Source: an uncultured Staphylococcaceae bacterium (GTDB lineage: Bacteria; Bacillota_I; Bacilli_A; RFN20; CAG-826). From it: DNA of 64,000 bases. The translations under genes and the position numbers were made by a program. Below are positions 1-9,861 of the stretch, in pieces. The notes below the pieces were generated by a model. That model had not been told where the DNA came from and did no database searches. It saw only the letters and a list, made by a program, of their open reading frames with translations. Location of the stretch: the NCBI GenBank assembly GCA_964562705.1, contig CAZLUI010000004.1, positions 1,503-65,502 on the forward strand, in the 5' to 3' direction. Each line of letters starts with the position of its first letter. Within the stretch, counting starts at the first letter, position 1.

Positions 1-143
1 TCCTCAATAGTAGCAACGCCTTGTTTTAATAAAGATACTTTATTCTTATTTGTGTCATATCCAAAAATTTGATGACCTAAAGAGGCCAAGTAAACGGCAT
101 TGACTAGGCCAACGTAACCAAGACCAATGATTGTAATATCCAT
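1..143 (-). CDS. UDP-glucose/GDP-mannose 6-dehydrogenase family protein, N-terminal fragment; the gene continues beyond the window start
   Basis: The reverse complement of 1-143 translates to MDITIIGLGYVGLVNAVYLASLGHQIFGYDTNKNKVSLLKQGVATIE. This is the classic GxGYVG NAD-binding Rossmann N-terminus of the Ugd family. It is not in the ORF track because it is truncated. Confidence 0.6.
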   Translation of the reverse strand, partial: MDITIIGLGYVGLVNAVYLASLGHQIFGYDTNKNKVSLLKQGVATIE

Positions 144-241
144 CTATAGCCTTCTTTCATATGATATTATCGTATTTTTCCAAAGAAATTGCAAAAAACA
201 GGGAAGAAAATAAGCGCCTAAAAGTACTCTAGTGATGATGA

Positions 242-583
242 TTAATCTCCATAATCAGAACCTCGAGATTTATCTTCGATAAATATGCGAAGGGAGTCCG
301 CCACATCGCCAAATTCTAGTAAAATAAATCCTTCTTTGTGAGTTAAGGGGTTTTCGTAATCATAAGTAAAAATGACTTTTTGTCGTTCCATAACTATCTC
401 TGCCATTTTTTTAACAATGCGTTGAAAGTCCTTAATTGAATACATTTCTTTAAAATTGCTTAACTGGGTATAAAAAGCTGATTCAATGTAAAACACTTGA
501 CCGCCTGGATAGACAAAGCAACGAGAAAAGGGATTGTCAGGATCTTTAATTTGTTCTAGGTTGTTCCATTCTTCATAGTTCAT
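242..583 (-). CDS. hypothetical protein (113 aa), overlaps the upstream MBL gene by 1 nt
   Basis: ORF in the track with no recognisable motifs; appears co-transcribed with the MBL-fold hydrolase. Confidence 0.4.
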   Translation of the reverse strand: MNYEEWNNLEQIKDPDNPFSRCFVYPGGQVFYIESAFYTQLSNFKEMYSIKDFQRIVKKMAEIVMERQKVIFTYDYENPLTHKEGFILLEFGDVADSLRIFIEDKSRGSDYGD

Positions 584-1329
584 TATTTGTCACCTCCGCT
601 TACGGTCTTATTTTGAAAAGCGCACTTGATGTCAATTTTATTTAAATCAAGATGATATTTTTTAAATTTCTTAGTGAAAGCTTGAAGCGCCAATTCATGA
701 GTATTTGCTTCTTCGGAGATGTGGGCTAACACTATTTCTTTGGTGTTTTCGCCAACCAAGTCAACCATGTAACATGCTGAATCTTCGTTTGATAGATGAC
801 CATGTTCACCAGCAATCCTTAGTTTAAGAGATTGAGGCCGATCGGTTTGATATAATTTTTTCAAATTATGATTTGATTCGATGACATAATAATCAGCATT
901 ATGCATGTACTTTAATGTTTCTTCCGGGATGTAACCAGTATCGGTCAAATAGACCATTTTTTCATTTTCGCTTTCAATTATGAAGCCCACTGGGTTTGGA
1001 GCGTCGTGCGAGGTGGAAACTGGGGTTATTTTTAATCCAATTAGATTAAACGATTTGTATGGTTCGATATTTTCAACAGTTGCAGAATCATAAGTTTCCT
1101 TGGTGCAGTAAATTGGGAGCGGTGGTAAATAGCGAACGCCCTTAGTGTGATCGCTATGGTTGTGCGTCAAAAGCAACGCGTCAACATCATATATGTTGTG
1201 GTTGAGTTCCGATAATTCGTTTTTAACAACGCATAGCGCGGTGCCCATATCAATCAAAAGAAATCGACCTTCATTTTCAATGAGAGTCGCATTTCCTTTC
1301 GATCCAGATTCTAACACGTAAAACTTCAT
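583..1329 (-). CDS. MBL-fold metallo-hydrolase (YycJ/WalJ-like)
   Basis: HNHSDHTKG (HxHxDH) metallo-beta-lactamase motif; sits immediately downstream of dnaB, as yycJ does in Firmicutes. Confidence 0.7.
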   Translation of the reverse strand: MKFYVLESGSKGNATLIENEGRFLLIDMGTALCVVKNELSELNHNIYDVDALLLTHNHSDHTKGVRYLPPLPIYCTKETYDSATVENIEPYKSFNLIGLKITPVSTSHDAPNPVGFIIESENEKMVYLTDTGYIPEETLKYMHNADYYVIESNHNLKKLYQTDRPQSLKLRIAGEHGHLSNEDSACYMVDLVGENTKEIVLAHISEEANTHELALQAFTKKFKKYHLDLNKIDIKCAFQNKTVSGGDK

Positions 1330-1331
1330 AT

Positions 1332-2822
1332 CTATTCGTGGCTTAGGAATCTCACTCTTTCGTTGTCGATTGCAACTAATTGTTCTTCGCTTTCGCTCGA
1401 TGGGGAATCAAATTTGCAATATGATTTACGGAATAAAAGAGGAACACGTCCTTGTTTACCAGACCTATTCTTAGCGATGATAACATTAACGATTGAAGCA
1501 TCAGGTCCTCCATCATTTTTGGCAATTTGAAGTTGTGCTTTGTCAGCATTTGCTGCTGAAGTTTCGAAGATACTCTTTTTACCTTGTGGAGAATCTTTTG
1601 ATTCATCAGCAGCAGTAATTTTTGGTTCATGCAAAAGCATGACGATATCAGCATCTTGTTCAATGGAGCCAGATTCACGTAAGTCACTGAGGATAGGCTC
1701 ACCACCAGGTCTTTCATCTACTTTACGATTCAATTGGGCAACGCCAATAATTGGTATTTTAAGTTCTAGAGCAAGCTTCTTTAAGGTTTGAGAAATAACT
1801 TGGACTTCTTGTTGTCTTGAATCGCCTTTTGATTTGATGTTGGCATCAACAAGTCCGATATAGTCAACAACAACCAAACCCAAATCAGGTTCACGGTTTG
1901 CCAAAGTTCTGACTTTAGCACATAAGTCCATCAATTTTAGTCCTGATGTATCATCAACGTAAATATGTAAATCTGAGATTTTTTTACAAGCCTGATCTAG
2001 CTTTAATCGAGAATTGTTTCTATTCAAACCAAAACCAGTTAATAATGATTCAAATGGAACGTTAGATTCTGCCGAAATAATTCTTTTGAAAAGCATTGAA
2101 GCTGGCATTTCAAGAGAAAAATAGCCAACTGGTTTATTTCTAACAGCGGCGTTGTATGCTAGGTTCAACGCTAAAGCGGTTTTGCCAACGCCTGGTCTAG
2201 CAGCTAATACTATGTATTCACCTTTTTGGAAGCCATGAGTTAAACGATTTAATCTCACAAAACCGGTAGGTGTTCCAGTGACCGAATCATCAGTTGAGGA
2301 TTCCTTCAAGTTTTTAAATTCGTCTTGTAATTTAATAGCAACAGTCTTTGCGTCTTGGAATTCACCAACTTTTCTCGTTTCTGCAATATCACGCAATTTC
2401 TTTTCTGAAGCGCCTAAAAATGTGGAAACGTCGCCAATATCAAGTTTGTTATAATCGTCGGTAATCTTTTCAATTTGCAAAAGAAAACGACGCAAAACGG
2501 CTTGTTCTTGAACAATTGTCACATAGTGATTAAAGTTCGCAAATGTAACAACAGAATCTACTAGTTCAAATAAATATTCTGGCCCACCAGCAATTTCTAA
2601 TTCCTTTGAATTAGTTAATTCATCAACAAGAGTTTGAGTATCAACTGGAACACCGCGTGAACTCAATCTAAACATGGCTGAATAAATGGCACGATGATTG
2701 TCTGAAAAGAAATCGTCTTCATCAAGAGCGCCAATACCATCGCTAAGTTTTCCGCTAGAGCGAATCATTGAACCAAGAATTGCTTTTTCTGCTTCTAAAT
2801 TATGAGGCAATACTTTAATCAT
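1332..2822 (-). CDS. dnaB: replicative DNA helicase DnaB (DnaC in Bacillus nomenclature)
   Basis: Walker A GVGKTALALN; C-terminal LSDLRESGSIEQDADIVMLLH; N-terminal MIKVLPHNLEAEKAILGSMI; conserved gdpP-rplI-dnaB synteny. Confidence 0.95.
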   Translation of the reverse strand: MIKVLPHNLEAEKAILGSMIRSSGKLSDGIGALDEDDFFSDNHRAIYSAMFRLSSRGVPVDTQTLVDELTNSKELEIAGGPEYLFELVDSVVTFANFNHYVTIVQEQAVLRRFLLQIEKITDDYNKLDIGDVSTFLGASEKKLRDIAETRKVGEFQDAKTVAIKLQDEFKNLKESSTDDSVTGTPTGFVRLNRLTHGFQKGEYIVLAARPGVGKTALALNLAYNAAVRNKPVGYFSLEMPASMLFKRIISAESNVPFESLLTGFGLNRNNSRLKLDQACKKISDLHIYVDDTSGLKLMDLCAKVRTLANREPDLGLVVVDYIGLVDANIKSKGDSRQQEVQVISQTLKKLALELKIPIIGVAQLNRKVDERPGGEPILSDLRESGSIEQDADIVMLLHEPKITAADESKDSPQGKKSIFETSAANADKAQLQIAKNDGGPDASIVNVIIAKNRSGKQGRVPLLFRKSYCKFDSPSSESEEQLVAIDNERVRFLSHE

Positions 2823-2825
2823 AGA

Positions 2826-3275
2826 TTACCTCTTCTCACTAACATGAATTTTAATGACACCAACAACGCCTTTGTATAATTCAATCTCGAGATTGGTATA
2901 ACCAAGCCTATCAACAGCAGTTTTTGTAATAATTTTTCTTTTGTCAATAATCACGTTGAATTTGGATTTAAGTTCTTCTTCTATTTGTTTGGTGGAAATT
3001 GTGCCAAACATTTTTCCATCTTCACCGGCGTTAGCGAAAAACTCTAAAGAAATTCCTTTGAGTTGTTCAGAAATCTTTTGGGCATTTAATTTATCATCTG
3101 CATCTTTTTGTTTACGATCTGCTTCTTGCTTGCCGAGAATTTCAAGTGATCTTTTTGATTCCATCACCGCTAATCCTCTCGGTATTAAAAGGTTTGAAGC
3201 ATAACCATCTTTAACATCAACAACTTGGTTGGCTTTGCCAACACCTTTAACATCTTTCAATAATATTACTCTCAT
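2826..3275 (-). CDS. rplI: 50S ribosomal protein L9
   Basis: MRVILLKDVKGVGKANQVVDVKDGYASNLLIPRGLA is the canonical L9 N-terminus. Confidence 0.95.
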   Translation of the reverse strand: MRVILLKDVKGVGKANQVVDVKDGYASNLLIPRGLAVMESKRSLEILGKQEADRKQKDADDKLNAQKISEQLKGISLEFFANAGEDGKMFGTISTKQIEEELKSKFNVIIDKRKIITKTAVDRLGYTNLEIELYKGVVGVIKIHVSEKR

Positions 3276-3286
3276 AATTTGCCCCC

Positions 3287-5311
3287 TTATTTTTCATCGA
3301 CTTCTTTAACAGCACGAGCATCATTTAAATGCTCATTTAGAACATCCAGTAGTCTAGTTTCAACACGTTCGATTGTTGTGTTCTTTAGCACTCCAGCGGC
3401 TTGAGTCAAGTGACCGCCACCATTCAGTTGCTCGGCAAGCAATTGCACATTAATTGTTCCATCACTACGGCAAGAAACAGCAACATCTTTCTCACTAATT
3501 TTGCCAATTATAAAGCAGGCATTGACACCACGCATCTGCATGCATTGATTGCCAACTTTAGCAAGCGTTGCTCTTTCAATAATATCGTCTTCATCAGCAA
3601 CACAATAGACAACGCCATAATATGGAGTCTTTAGTGTTGCAATAATCTTTGTAATCAAAGTGTATTCTTCGAATTCATCTTTTAAGAAATCATCAGCGGT
3701 CGAGTTATCAGCTCCATATTCTTTTAGAATCATGGAAGCTTCAAAAGTACGAATGCCACAATTTTTTGATTTGAAGAAATTTGAATCCATGAAGATGCCC
3801 GATAGCATAATCGTAGCATAGCTAGATGGAATAATAATTCTTGGGTTAGCGGAACAATAACGGATTAGTTCTGCTACCATTTCGGAAGCCGATGAAGCGC
3901 TTGGCTCAACATAGCTAAACACTGGAGAATCAACAAATTCTTCACCACGCCTATGGTGATCAATAACCATGACTTTTGTGGCTTTATCTAGTAATTTTGG
4001 TGCCATAGTCATTGACGGTTTATGAACATCACAAACAATAATTAACGTATTGGCTTTGATAAGGTCTTGGGCATCGGAAGGAGTAACAGTTATTTTGTTC
4101 ACTTCTTCTCTAGAGAAGGATGATGTTACTGCTCCTCGGCATTTGCTTTCAGTCAATTTTGGGTCGTAAACAACAACTGAATCTTTTTTGCAATATTCAC
4201 AAATAGATTTCATACCTAAACATGAACCTAGCGAATCCATATCCATGGTTGTATGGCCCATAATAATAACATTAGACGAGTTACGAATAAGCGAAAGGAC
4301 AGAGTCCGCCATAACACGGACTTTAACTTTATTGCGATTCTCTTGGGCTTCGAATTTGCCACCGTAAAACTGCAATTCTTCCCCATATTTAGAAACAACG
4401 ACTTGGTCACCACCTCGTGACATAGCAATATCAATCGCATTTTCGGCCATCTCATTCAACTTTGTCACATCAGGAAATCCGTGTGCTAAACCGATAGATA
4501 GCGTTGGAGGCGTCCCTTCTTTTTCGCCAATATGATGAATATTCTCAATTAGAGAGAAATGATCAGCCTCCATCTTGGCTAAAGAATCATAGTTACACAA
4601 AACAAAATATGCATCATTTCGATAACGACGAATTAATACTTTATAGTTACGGACATATTCAAAAATGGCATTTCTGATTTTGGAAATGACATCATTTGTA
4701 TCGTCAGCGGTGCCGGAAATGTCAGAATAATTATCAATCATTATGATGCCGACAACCATTGCTTGCAATCTGGATTGAGTGTAAATATTTTCGTATTCAG
4801 TTTGATCTTTAAAAATAAATAATCCCGCATCGCTTAAATACTTGACATCATAGTTGCGAGAATTAACTTCTATTTTAACTACCGCCTCAGATGACATGGT
4901 TGCAAACTTTTCAAGTTTTGGTTGCCATTCAAGAATATTGGTATCCAGAATATCAATGGATCTTTGTTTAAACAGGTCGTTTGTCCAAATAACAATGTTA
5001 TTTTCATCCACAATAGCTAATCCAATCATTCCAAAGTTATAGGCTTCTTGAATATCGCCACCAATCAAATCAGCTGCGTGTAAATCGCTTGAACGTCTAA
5101 GCCTTGTCATAATAACTACACCAACCCAAGTTAAAACTAGGTTAAATACAATAAATATGCATGAAATAATATACAAGAAAGGGATTGTAATTTTTGTTTG
5201 AAATTCAAATATATTAGCAGAATAGAAAACACCAAAAATAATTGCAGTCAGTAATTCAATCGAAACAAATATCAAGAAGATTAATCGAAACGTTCTCAGG
5301 TGCTTTTTCAT
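3287..5311 (-). CDS. gdpP: c-di-AMP phosphodiesterase GdpP (YybT): two N-terminal TM helices, PAS-like region, degenerate GGDEF, DHH/DHHA1
   Basis: Hydrophobic N-terminus, DHH motif (MVIDHHRRGE), GGGH near the C-terminus, position upstream of rplI. Confidence 0.9.
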   Translation of the reverse strand: MKKHLRTFRLIFLIFVSIELLTAIIFGVFYSANIFEFQTKITIPFLYIISCIFIVFNLVLTWVGVVIMTRLRRSSDLHAADLIGGDIQEAYNFGMIGLAIVDENNIVIWTNDLFKQRSIDILDTNILEWQPKLEKFATMSSEAVVKIEVNSRNYDVKYLSDAGLFIFKDQTEYENIYTQSRLQAMVVGIIMIDNYSDISGTADDTNDVISKIRNAIFEYVRNYKVLIRRYRNDAYFVLCNYDSLAKMEADHFSLIENIHHIGEKEGTPPTLSIGLAHGFPDVTKLNEMAENAIDIAMSRGGDQVVVSKYGEELQFYGGKFEAQENRNKVKVRVMADSVLSLIRNSSNVIIMGHTTMDMDSLGSCLGMKSICEYCKKDSVVVYDPKLTESKCRGAVTSSFSREEVNKITVTPSDAQDLIKANTLIIVCDVHKPSMTMAPKLLDKATKVMVIDHHRRGEEFVDSPVFSYVEPSASSASEMVAELIRYCSANPRIIIPSSYATIMLSGIFMDSNFFKSKNCGIRTFEASMILKEYGADNSTADDFLKDEFEEYTLITKIIATLKTPYYGVVYCVADEDDIIERATLAKVGNQCMQMRGVNACFIIGKISEKDVAVSCRSDGTINVQLLAEQLNGGGHLTQAAGVLKNTTIERVETRLLDVLNEHLNDARAVKEVDEK

Positions 5312-5420
5312 AACTATTTGTTATTATACAACAAAGATAAGCAAATACGATATTCAAAAACGAGGAAATAGCGGAATGATTTTAAAAGTCGATTTTTAAA
5401 AATACGAGTAAAATATAAGT

Positions 5421-6395
5421 ATGAACATAAACGAATGGTCAAGTGATGGCCTGCATTTCATTAAAGTGGAAAATAATTCAGGGCTGACGATTACTTTTAC
5501 TAATTTAGGGGCAAGTGTCTATTCCATCTATCTAAACAACGAAATTATGACCATGACCACAAAGCACACTGCCGACTTTATAAAATCAAACGTTTATTAT
5601 GGGAAAACGATTGGCAGAATTTCAAACCGAATTGAAGATGGAAAAATAGAGATAAATAATCAAGTTTTTAAACTTGCTAAAAATGAAGAAAATAATACCT
5701 TGCATGGTGGTCCTAATGGTCTATCAAATCAATATTTTGATTATAAAATAATCAGAGAACGGGATTTAATCAGAATTATATTTAAATATTTATCTTTAGC
5801 GAAAGAAGCAAAACTGCCCGGAAATGTTACTTTTAAAATTGAATATCAAATTAAAGAAAATGAAACTAGTTTTTCGACTATCCTACTAGCAAAAACAGAC
5901 GCCACAACACCGATTAATTTAACCAATCATCTCTTCTTTTGCTTAGGAGAACAATCATTGGATAATGCTCAACTTCAAATAGTAAGTTCATGTTATATTG
6001 AGCCAAGAAAAGAAGATCTGATTCCTCTTGCCTATTTGCCAGTATGCAAGTGTTTAGATTTTAGAAAGCTCAAATCAATTATGCTAGACATAACTAATCC
6101 GTATCTTCAAAATTCTAAGACAAAAGGTTATGATCATTTCTTCTTATTCGATAACAAGTCACTGAATATTCATAATATCGTATTGAAAACAAGGAAGCAC
6201 ATTCTAGAAATCTATACAGATTATGAAGGTGTTCAAATCTATAGTGATAATTATAAGAATGATGTATTGGTAGAAAATACGAATGAACAGATTCATCGCG
6301 CCATCGCAATTGAACCAGTTGATTCTTATTTATCATCAAATATAATCACACCAAGCAAAGAATACATACGACACATCACCTATCTATTTAGATAG
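5421..6395 (+). CDS. aldose 1-epimerase (galactose mutarotase-like) family protein
   Basis: GRISNRIEDGKIEINNQ and TLHGGPNG resemble the GRxANRI / LHGG motifs of mutarotases. Confidence 0.6.
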   Translation: MNINEWSSDGLHFIKVENNSGLTITFTNLGASVYSIYLNNEIMTMTTKHTADFIKSNVYYGKTIGRISNRIEDGKIEINNQVFKLAKNEENNTLHGGPNGLSNQYFDYKIIRERDLIRIIFKYLSLAKEAKLPGNVTFKIEYQIKENETSFSTILLAKTDATTPINLTNHLFFCLGEQSLDNAQLQIVSSCYIEPRKEDLIPLAYLPVCKCLDFRKLKSIMLDITNPYLQNSKTKGYDHFFLFDNKSLNIHNIVLKTRKHILEIYTDYEGVQIYSDNYKNDVLVENTNEQIHRAIAIEPVDSYLSSNIITPSKEYIRHITYLFR

Positions 6396-6458
6396 AACAA
6401 AAGAAAAGACAAACGTTTTGAGGCGTTTGTCTTTTTTAAAATGCAAATAAATTACTTA

Positions 6459-8240
6459 TTAACTAGCACGGTAAAGTTGTGGAAGCAACATTGTTGGGCC
6501 TGTGGCTGATGCGTAATTAAGGAATCTTGGGGAAGAAACGTTATATAAAATTCTTCCATAGGCAGTTGTTGCACTTTGAATTGTCGCATTTCCAGTTGCT
6601 GAGTCAATTGAGATATCCCAAGAGGTATCTCCACTATCCCAGGCAGCTTTCTTAGCAGCTGTTGCACCTAATAATTTAGATGAGTATGAAAGTGTCCAAG
6701 CACCGCTTGCACCACCCAAAGTTAACGCGATAGAATCAGCACCTAAACTAGAGATTGTTGAGCCATCGGCAGCAAAGGTTGAGGCAACAGATGATAAGAA
6801 GACATTTGTGCCACTAAAGTCACCAGCTGTGAAACCGGTGTTTGAAGCGAGAACAAGGACATCGCCAACTGCTAATGTTGAAGCATCAGAAACAAGTGAA
6901 TATGTGACTGACACTGGAGCACTTAAAGCGATTGAAACTGGATCAGAAGTGACTGAACCAACTGAAACGGTGATTGATTTGGATTCACCATCAGCTTCCA
7001 CAAATGTATATGGAAGTGTAACTGAACATGTGTAATCAGCAAATGCAGCATCTTCAGCTCCGCTTGCACGGACTGCTTTGACGACTAATTCACTAGCAGT
7101 AAGGGTTTCACCATATTTCTTGGCAGTTGGTGCACTTGTAATAACAAGTGAAGCAACTGGATCAGCAGCGGCGATAACGATTGAAATTGCAGCAGAGACA
7201 ACACCATTTGCAGTTGCGGTAACAGTGACTGTTCCATCGGCAGTTGCGGTTAATACTGAACCTGCAATTGTTGCAAACTCAGAACCAGAAGCGATTTGAT
7301 ATGTAACTGCATCAGCAGCTGCTGATGGTGTTAAGTTAGCACTTAAGTTAACTGTATCGCCAACATAAACTGATGATTTATCAGCAACACATTCAACGCC
7401 TGTAGCGTGGACAGCGTGTTCTGTTGAAGAAACGATAATCATCTCATTCCAAGCAGTATCACTGCCAATGAGATAAGCTTTGACATCATAGTATTTGTCA
7501 ACGTTTTCAGCAACACCAATGGTTGAGACTGATTCACGAGCATATTTTGTTGCTTCTGAATAGTCTGTACCATCAACAAATTTTAAGTTGTAGTAGGTAC
7601 CGTTTTTGTAGACTTTAACAAGACCAGTAATCATTGTTAATCTTGATGAAGCAATACTGAATGCATCCCAGGATGCAAGTGTCATGGCTGAACCTTCTGG
7701 TACAGCGATGTGTGGGTCAGTGCCTTCGCCTGCAGCAATAACAATACCATCTTTACTGATTTGGCGGTTACCATGATAAGTTGAGGTTGTTCCAGAGACT
7801 CTGACGAAATCTCCAACTGCTTTTCCTGTATCTGTACCTTTGTAAGCGTAGATAGCGCCTGTTGCATCAGCAACAACAATACCTTTAGCAGTGACTGCTG
7901 TAACGCTTCCTTCAATGACAACTGCTTGTTCAGCTGCTAAAGCATAAACTTCTGCAATTGTTGAAACAGAAACAACTGGATCGGTACTTGAACTAGAGCT
8001 TGATTCTGAGCTGGAGCTTGAGCTTGATTCTGAACTTGAACTTGAGCTTGATTCTGAACTTGAACTAGAGCTTGATTCTGAGCTGGAGCTTGAACTTGAT
8101 TCTGAGCTGGAGCTTGAACTTGATTCTGAAGTTGTGCTTGTATCAGAACTTGATGACGAGCTGCTTGATGATGGGTTTTCACCACATCCAGTCAACGCGA
8201 GCATAACGGCTGGTAATAGAACGAATAATTTTTTATTCAT
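6459..8240 (-). CDS. surface lipoprotein with Ser-rich low-complexity repeats, a possible OB-fold region and Big_2-like Ig domains
   Basis: Signal peptide plus lipobox (LALTGC); (SSSSSSSE)x6 repeat; Big_2-like block (VYVGDTVNLSANLTPS...TVTVTATANG); noticeably GC/Ala/Thr/Ser-rich relative to its neighbours. Confidence 0.7.
   Translation of the reverse strand: MNKKLFVLLPAVMLALTGCGENPSSSSSSSSSDTSTTSESSSSSSSESSSSSSSESSSSSSSESSSSSSSESSSSSSSESSSSSSTDPVVSVSTIAEVYALAAEQAVVIEGSVTAVTAKGIVVADATGAIYAYKGTDTGKAVGDFVRVSGTTSTYHGNRQISKDGIVIAAGEGTDPHIAVPEGSAMTLASWDAFSIASSRLTMITGLVKVYKNGTYYNLKFVDGTDYSEATKYARESVSTIGVAENVDKYYDVKAYLIGSDTAWNEMIIVSSTEHAVHATGVECVADKSSVYVGDTVNLSANLTPSAAADAVTYQIASGSEFATIAGSVLTATADGTVTVTATANGVVSAAISIVIAAADPVASLVITSAPTAKKYGETLTASELVVKAVRASGAEDAAFADYTCSVTLPYTFVEADGESKSITVSVGSVTSDPVSIALSAPVSVTYSLVSDASTLAVGDVLVLASNTGFTAGDFSGTNVFLSSVASTFAADGSTISSLGADSIALTLGGASGAWTLSYSSKLLGATAAKKAAWDSGDTSWDISIDSATGNATIQSATTAYGRILYNVSSPRFLNYASATGPTMLLPQLYRAS
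7988..8135. repeat. about six tandem copies of a 24-bp unit (gattctga[ga]ct[gt]ga[ga]cttga[ag]ctt) encoding SSSSSSSE inside the lipoprotein gene
   Basis: Direct reading of the sequence; the unit periodicity matches the 8-aa protein repeat. Confidence 0.85.
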
Positions 8241-8498
8241 TATTAGTAATTCCTCCTTTTCTATTACTTATATTAAGTGGTAATGAAATCGTACGTTTTC
8301 CGTTACGCACAAAATAACGTTATAAAAATAACTTAATAAACTTATCAACATTCTTCGCAAAGCAAAATAATGTTTTCATGTACTAATATGTTAACATATT
8401 CTTCATTTGTTGCAAGAATTGAAAATTAATATGGTGACAATATGGGCATGTGTAGCCAATAGCAAACACTTCCATATAGGAGTATATTGTTTTGTATT

Positions 8499-9632
8499 AT
8501 GAGTGAAATAAAAAATAGGAATACTACTTTTTCTCTTTTATACATAGTGGGAATAGTGTTGGTTCTTTATAGACACTTTTGTCAGGGGCAAAATTTAATT
8601 TTTGAATATCTATTCATAACTAGCACGTACCTAGTTTATATTTTCTTTTTTTCGTCTGGTTATTTCTATAAAACAGACTCAGAGAGCCACCCGTTTAAGT
8701 ACATATGGCGAAAATTTTTAAAGCTAATAGTCCCTTATTTTATTGGCACAATAGCGTACGGAATAATTGGTATATTTGTTAAAGATTATTTACCAGATTA
8801 TCCAATCGCTCCTTTTACTTTTAAAACTGTAACGTACATCTCGTTAGTTAACGGCCTTCAGTTCTTTTTTAATTTAGGAGCTTGGATTTTAGTTTCTTTA
8901 TTTCTAAATGAAGTCATATATATGCTGCTTAGCAAAATATTAAAATTTAAGCATAAAGAATTGGTAATTTTTGGAGTATTTTTAGCAATTGGTATTGGAG
9001 GCTTGTACCTTTCATCGGATCCTATAAATTTTGAATGGAAATTGTTTATAGTTAGATTAATGGTTTCTTTACCATTCTACTCACTTGGTAACATCTACCG
9101 AGTATACTTAGAAAAAAATGATATCAAGATAAGCGCTTTGATAAAACTAATTACTTATATTGCTATTTTTGCAGTCGTTTCCATTTGCAACAACGGATTA
9201 CCAGTCGACTACGTTCCGTCTACCGGGAATGGTCTAACAACAAATCCAATGATTTATTATTTGTTATCTTTCGCTTCTATTCATTTCTGGCTTATTATTT
9301 GCACAAAATTATCAAAGTCCTTCGAAAATAATAAAACTGTTGATTATATAGCAAGCCATACTTTTTCAATTATGATGAACCATTTATTTGCTGTTTTTCT
9401 TTTAAAGTTGTTCTTTTATTCGATATCAGACCATCTAAATAATTTTTCAGTAGAAGCGTTTAAGGGTGACTGTTGGTATTTATATATGCCCTATGGAAAT
9501 AGAGGATTTGTAATTTTGTACATAATTTGGGCAATAGCGTTCTCACTCTTATTGTCATACCTATATTCCCTATTAAAAAAGGGGGTAATTAAATCTTTTA
9601 AAAGCATACAACATGTATTGTGTAAAAAATAA
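8499..9632 (+). CDS. polytopic membrane protein, probable acyltransferase family 3 (OatA-like)
   Basis: About 10 predicted TM helices, extremely AT-rich with F/Y/I bias; an N-terminal ...YRHF... region resembles the acyltransferase_3 start. Start is uncertain: the track uses a TTG at 8487, whereas the ATG at 8499 lies 15 nt from an AGGAG. Confidence 0.45.
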   Translation: MSEIKNRNTTFSLLYIVGIVLVLYRHFCQGQNLIFEYLFITSTYLVYIFFFSSGYFYKTDSESHPFKYIWRKFLKLIVPYFIGTIAYGIIGIFVKDYLPDYPIAPFTFKTVTYISLVNGLQFFFNLGAWILVSLFLNEVIYMLLSKILKFKHKELVIFGVFLAIGIGGLYLSSDPINFEWKLFIVRLMVSLPFYSLGNIYRVYLEKNDIKISALIKLITYIAIFAVVSICNNGLPVDYVPSTGNGLTTNPMIYYLLSFASIHFWLIICTKLSKSFENNKTVDYIASHTFSIMMNHLFAVFLLKLFFYSISDHLNNFSVEAFKGDCWYLYMPYGNRGFVILYIIWAIAFSLLLSYLYSLLKKGVIKSFKSIQHVLCKK

Positions 9633-9673
9633 AATAAAAAGCCCTGCAGTTTCCTACAGAGCTAATTAGCATT

Positions 9674-9750
9674 TATGGTTGTCTAAGGTCAGTTATTCAA
9701 TTTGGTCTAAAATTCTCCATTCACAATTATGTCGTACAACTTAGACTTCG
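9674..9750. repeat. 77-bp direct repeat, copy 1 (left boundary of the accessory island); continues into an 11-bp-stem hairpin tctccattcac/gtgaatggaga
   Basis: Identical to 12856-12932. Copy 1 alone has the right hairpin arm at 9750-9760. Confidence 0.9.
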
Positions 9751-9861
9751 TGAATGGAGACTTTTGAATCCACAAACCTTTCGCCTGTTGGGTAAAAAAG
9801 ATTTACGCAAAGCAGCAATTTAAACTGGTTTTAATGAAAGTTAATCTGATAAAATCTGTCG

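Noticed and set aside
1376-5042. Many 60-113-aa ORFs antisense to or overlapping dnaB, rplI and gdpP (e.g. 1376-1717, 1540-1791, 2941-3204, 3401-3634, 4228-4455, 4854-5042)
   Set aside because: They are embedded in well-supported long conserved genes on the opposite strand or frame and have no RBS. They are typical six-frame noise.
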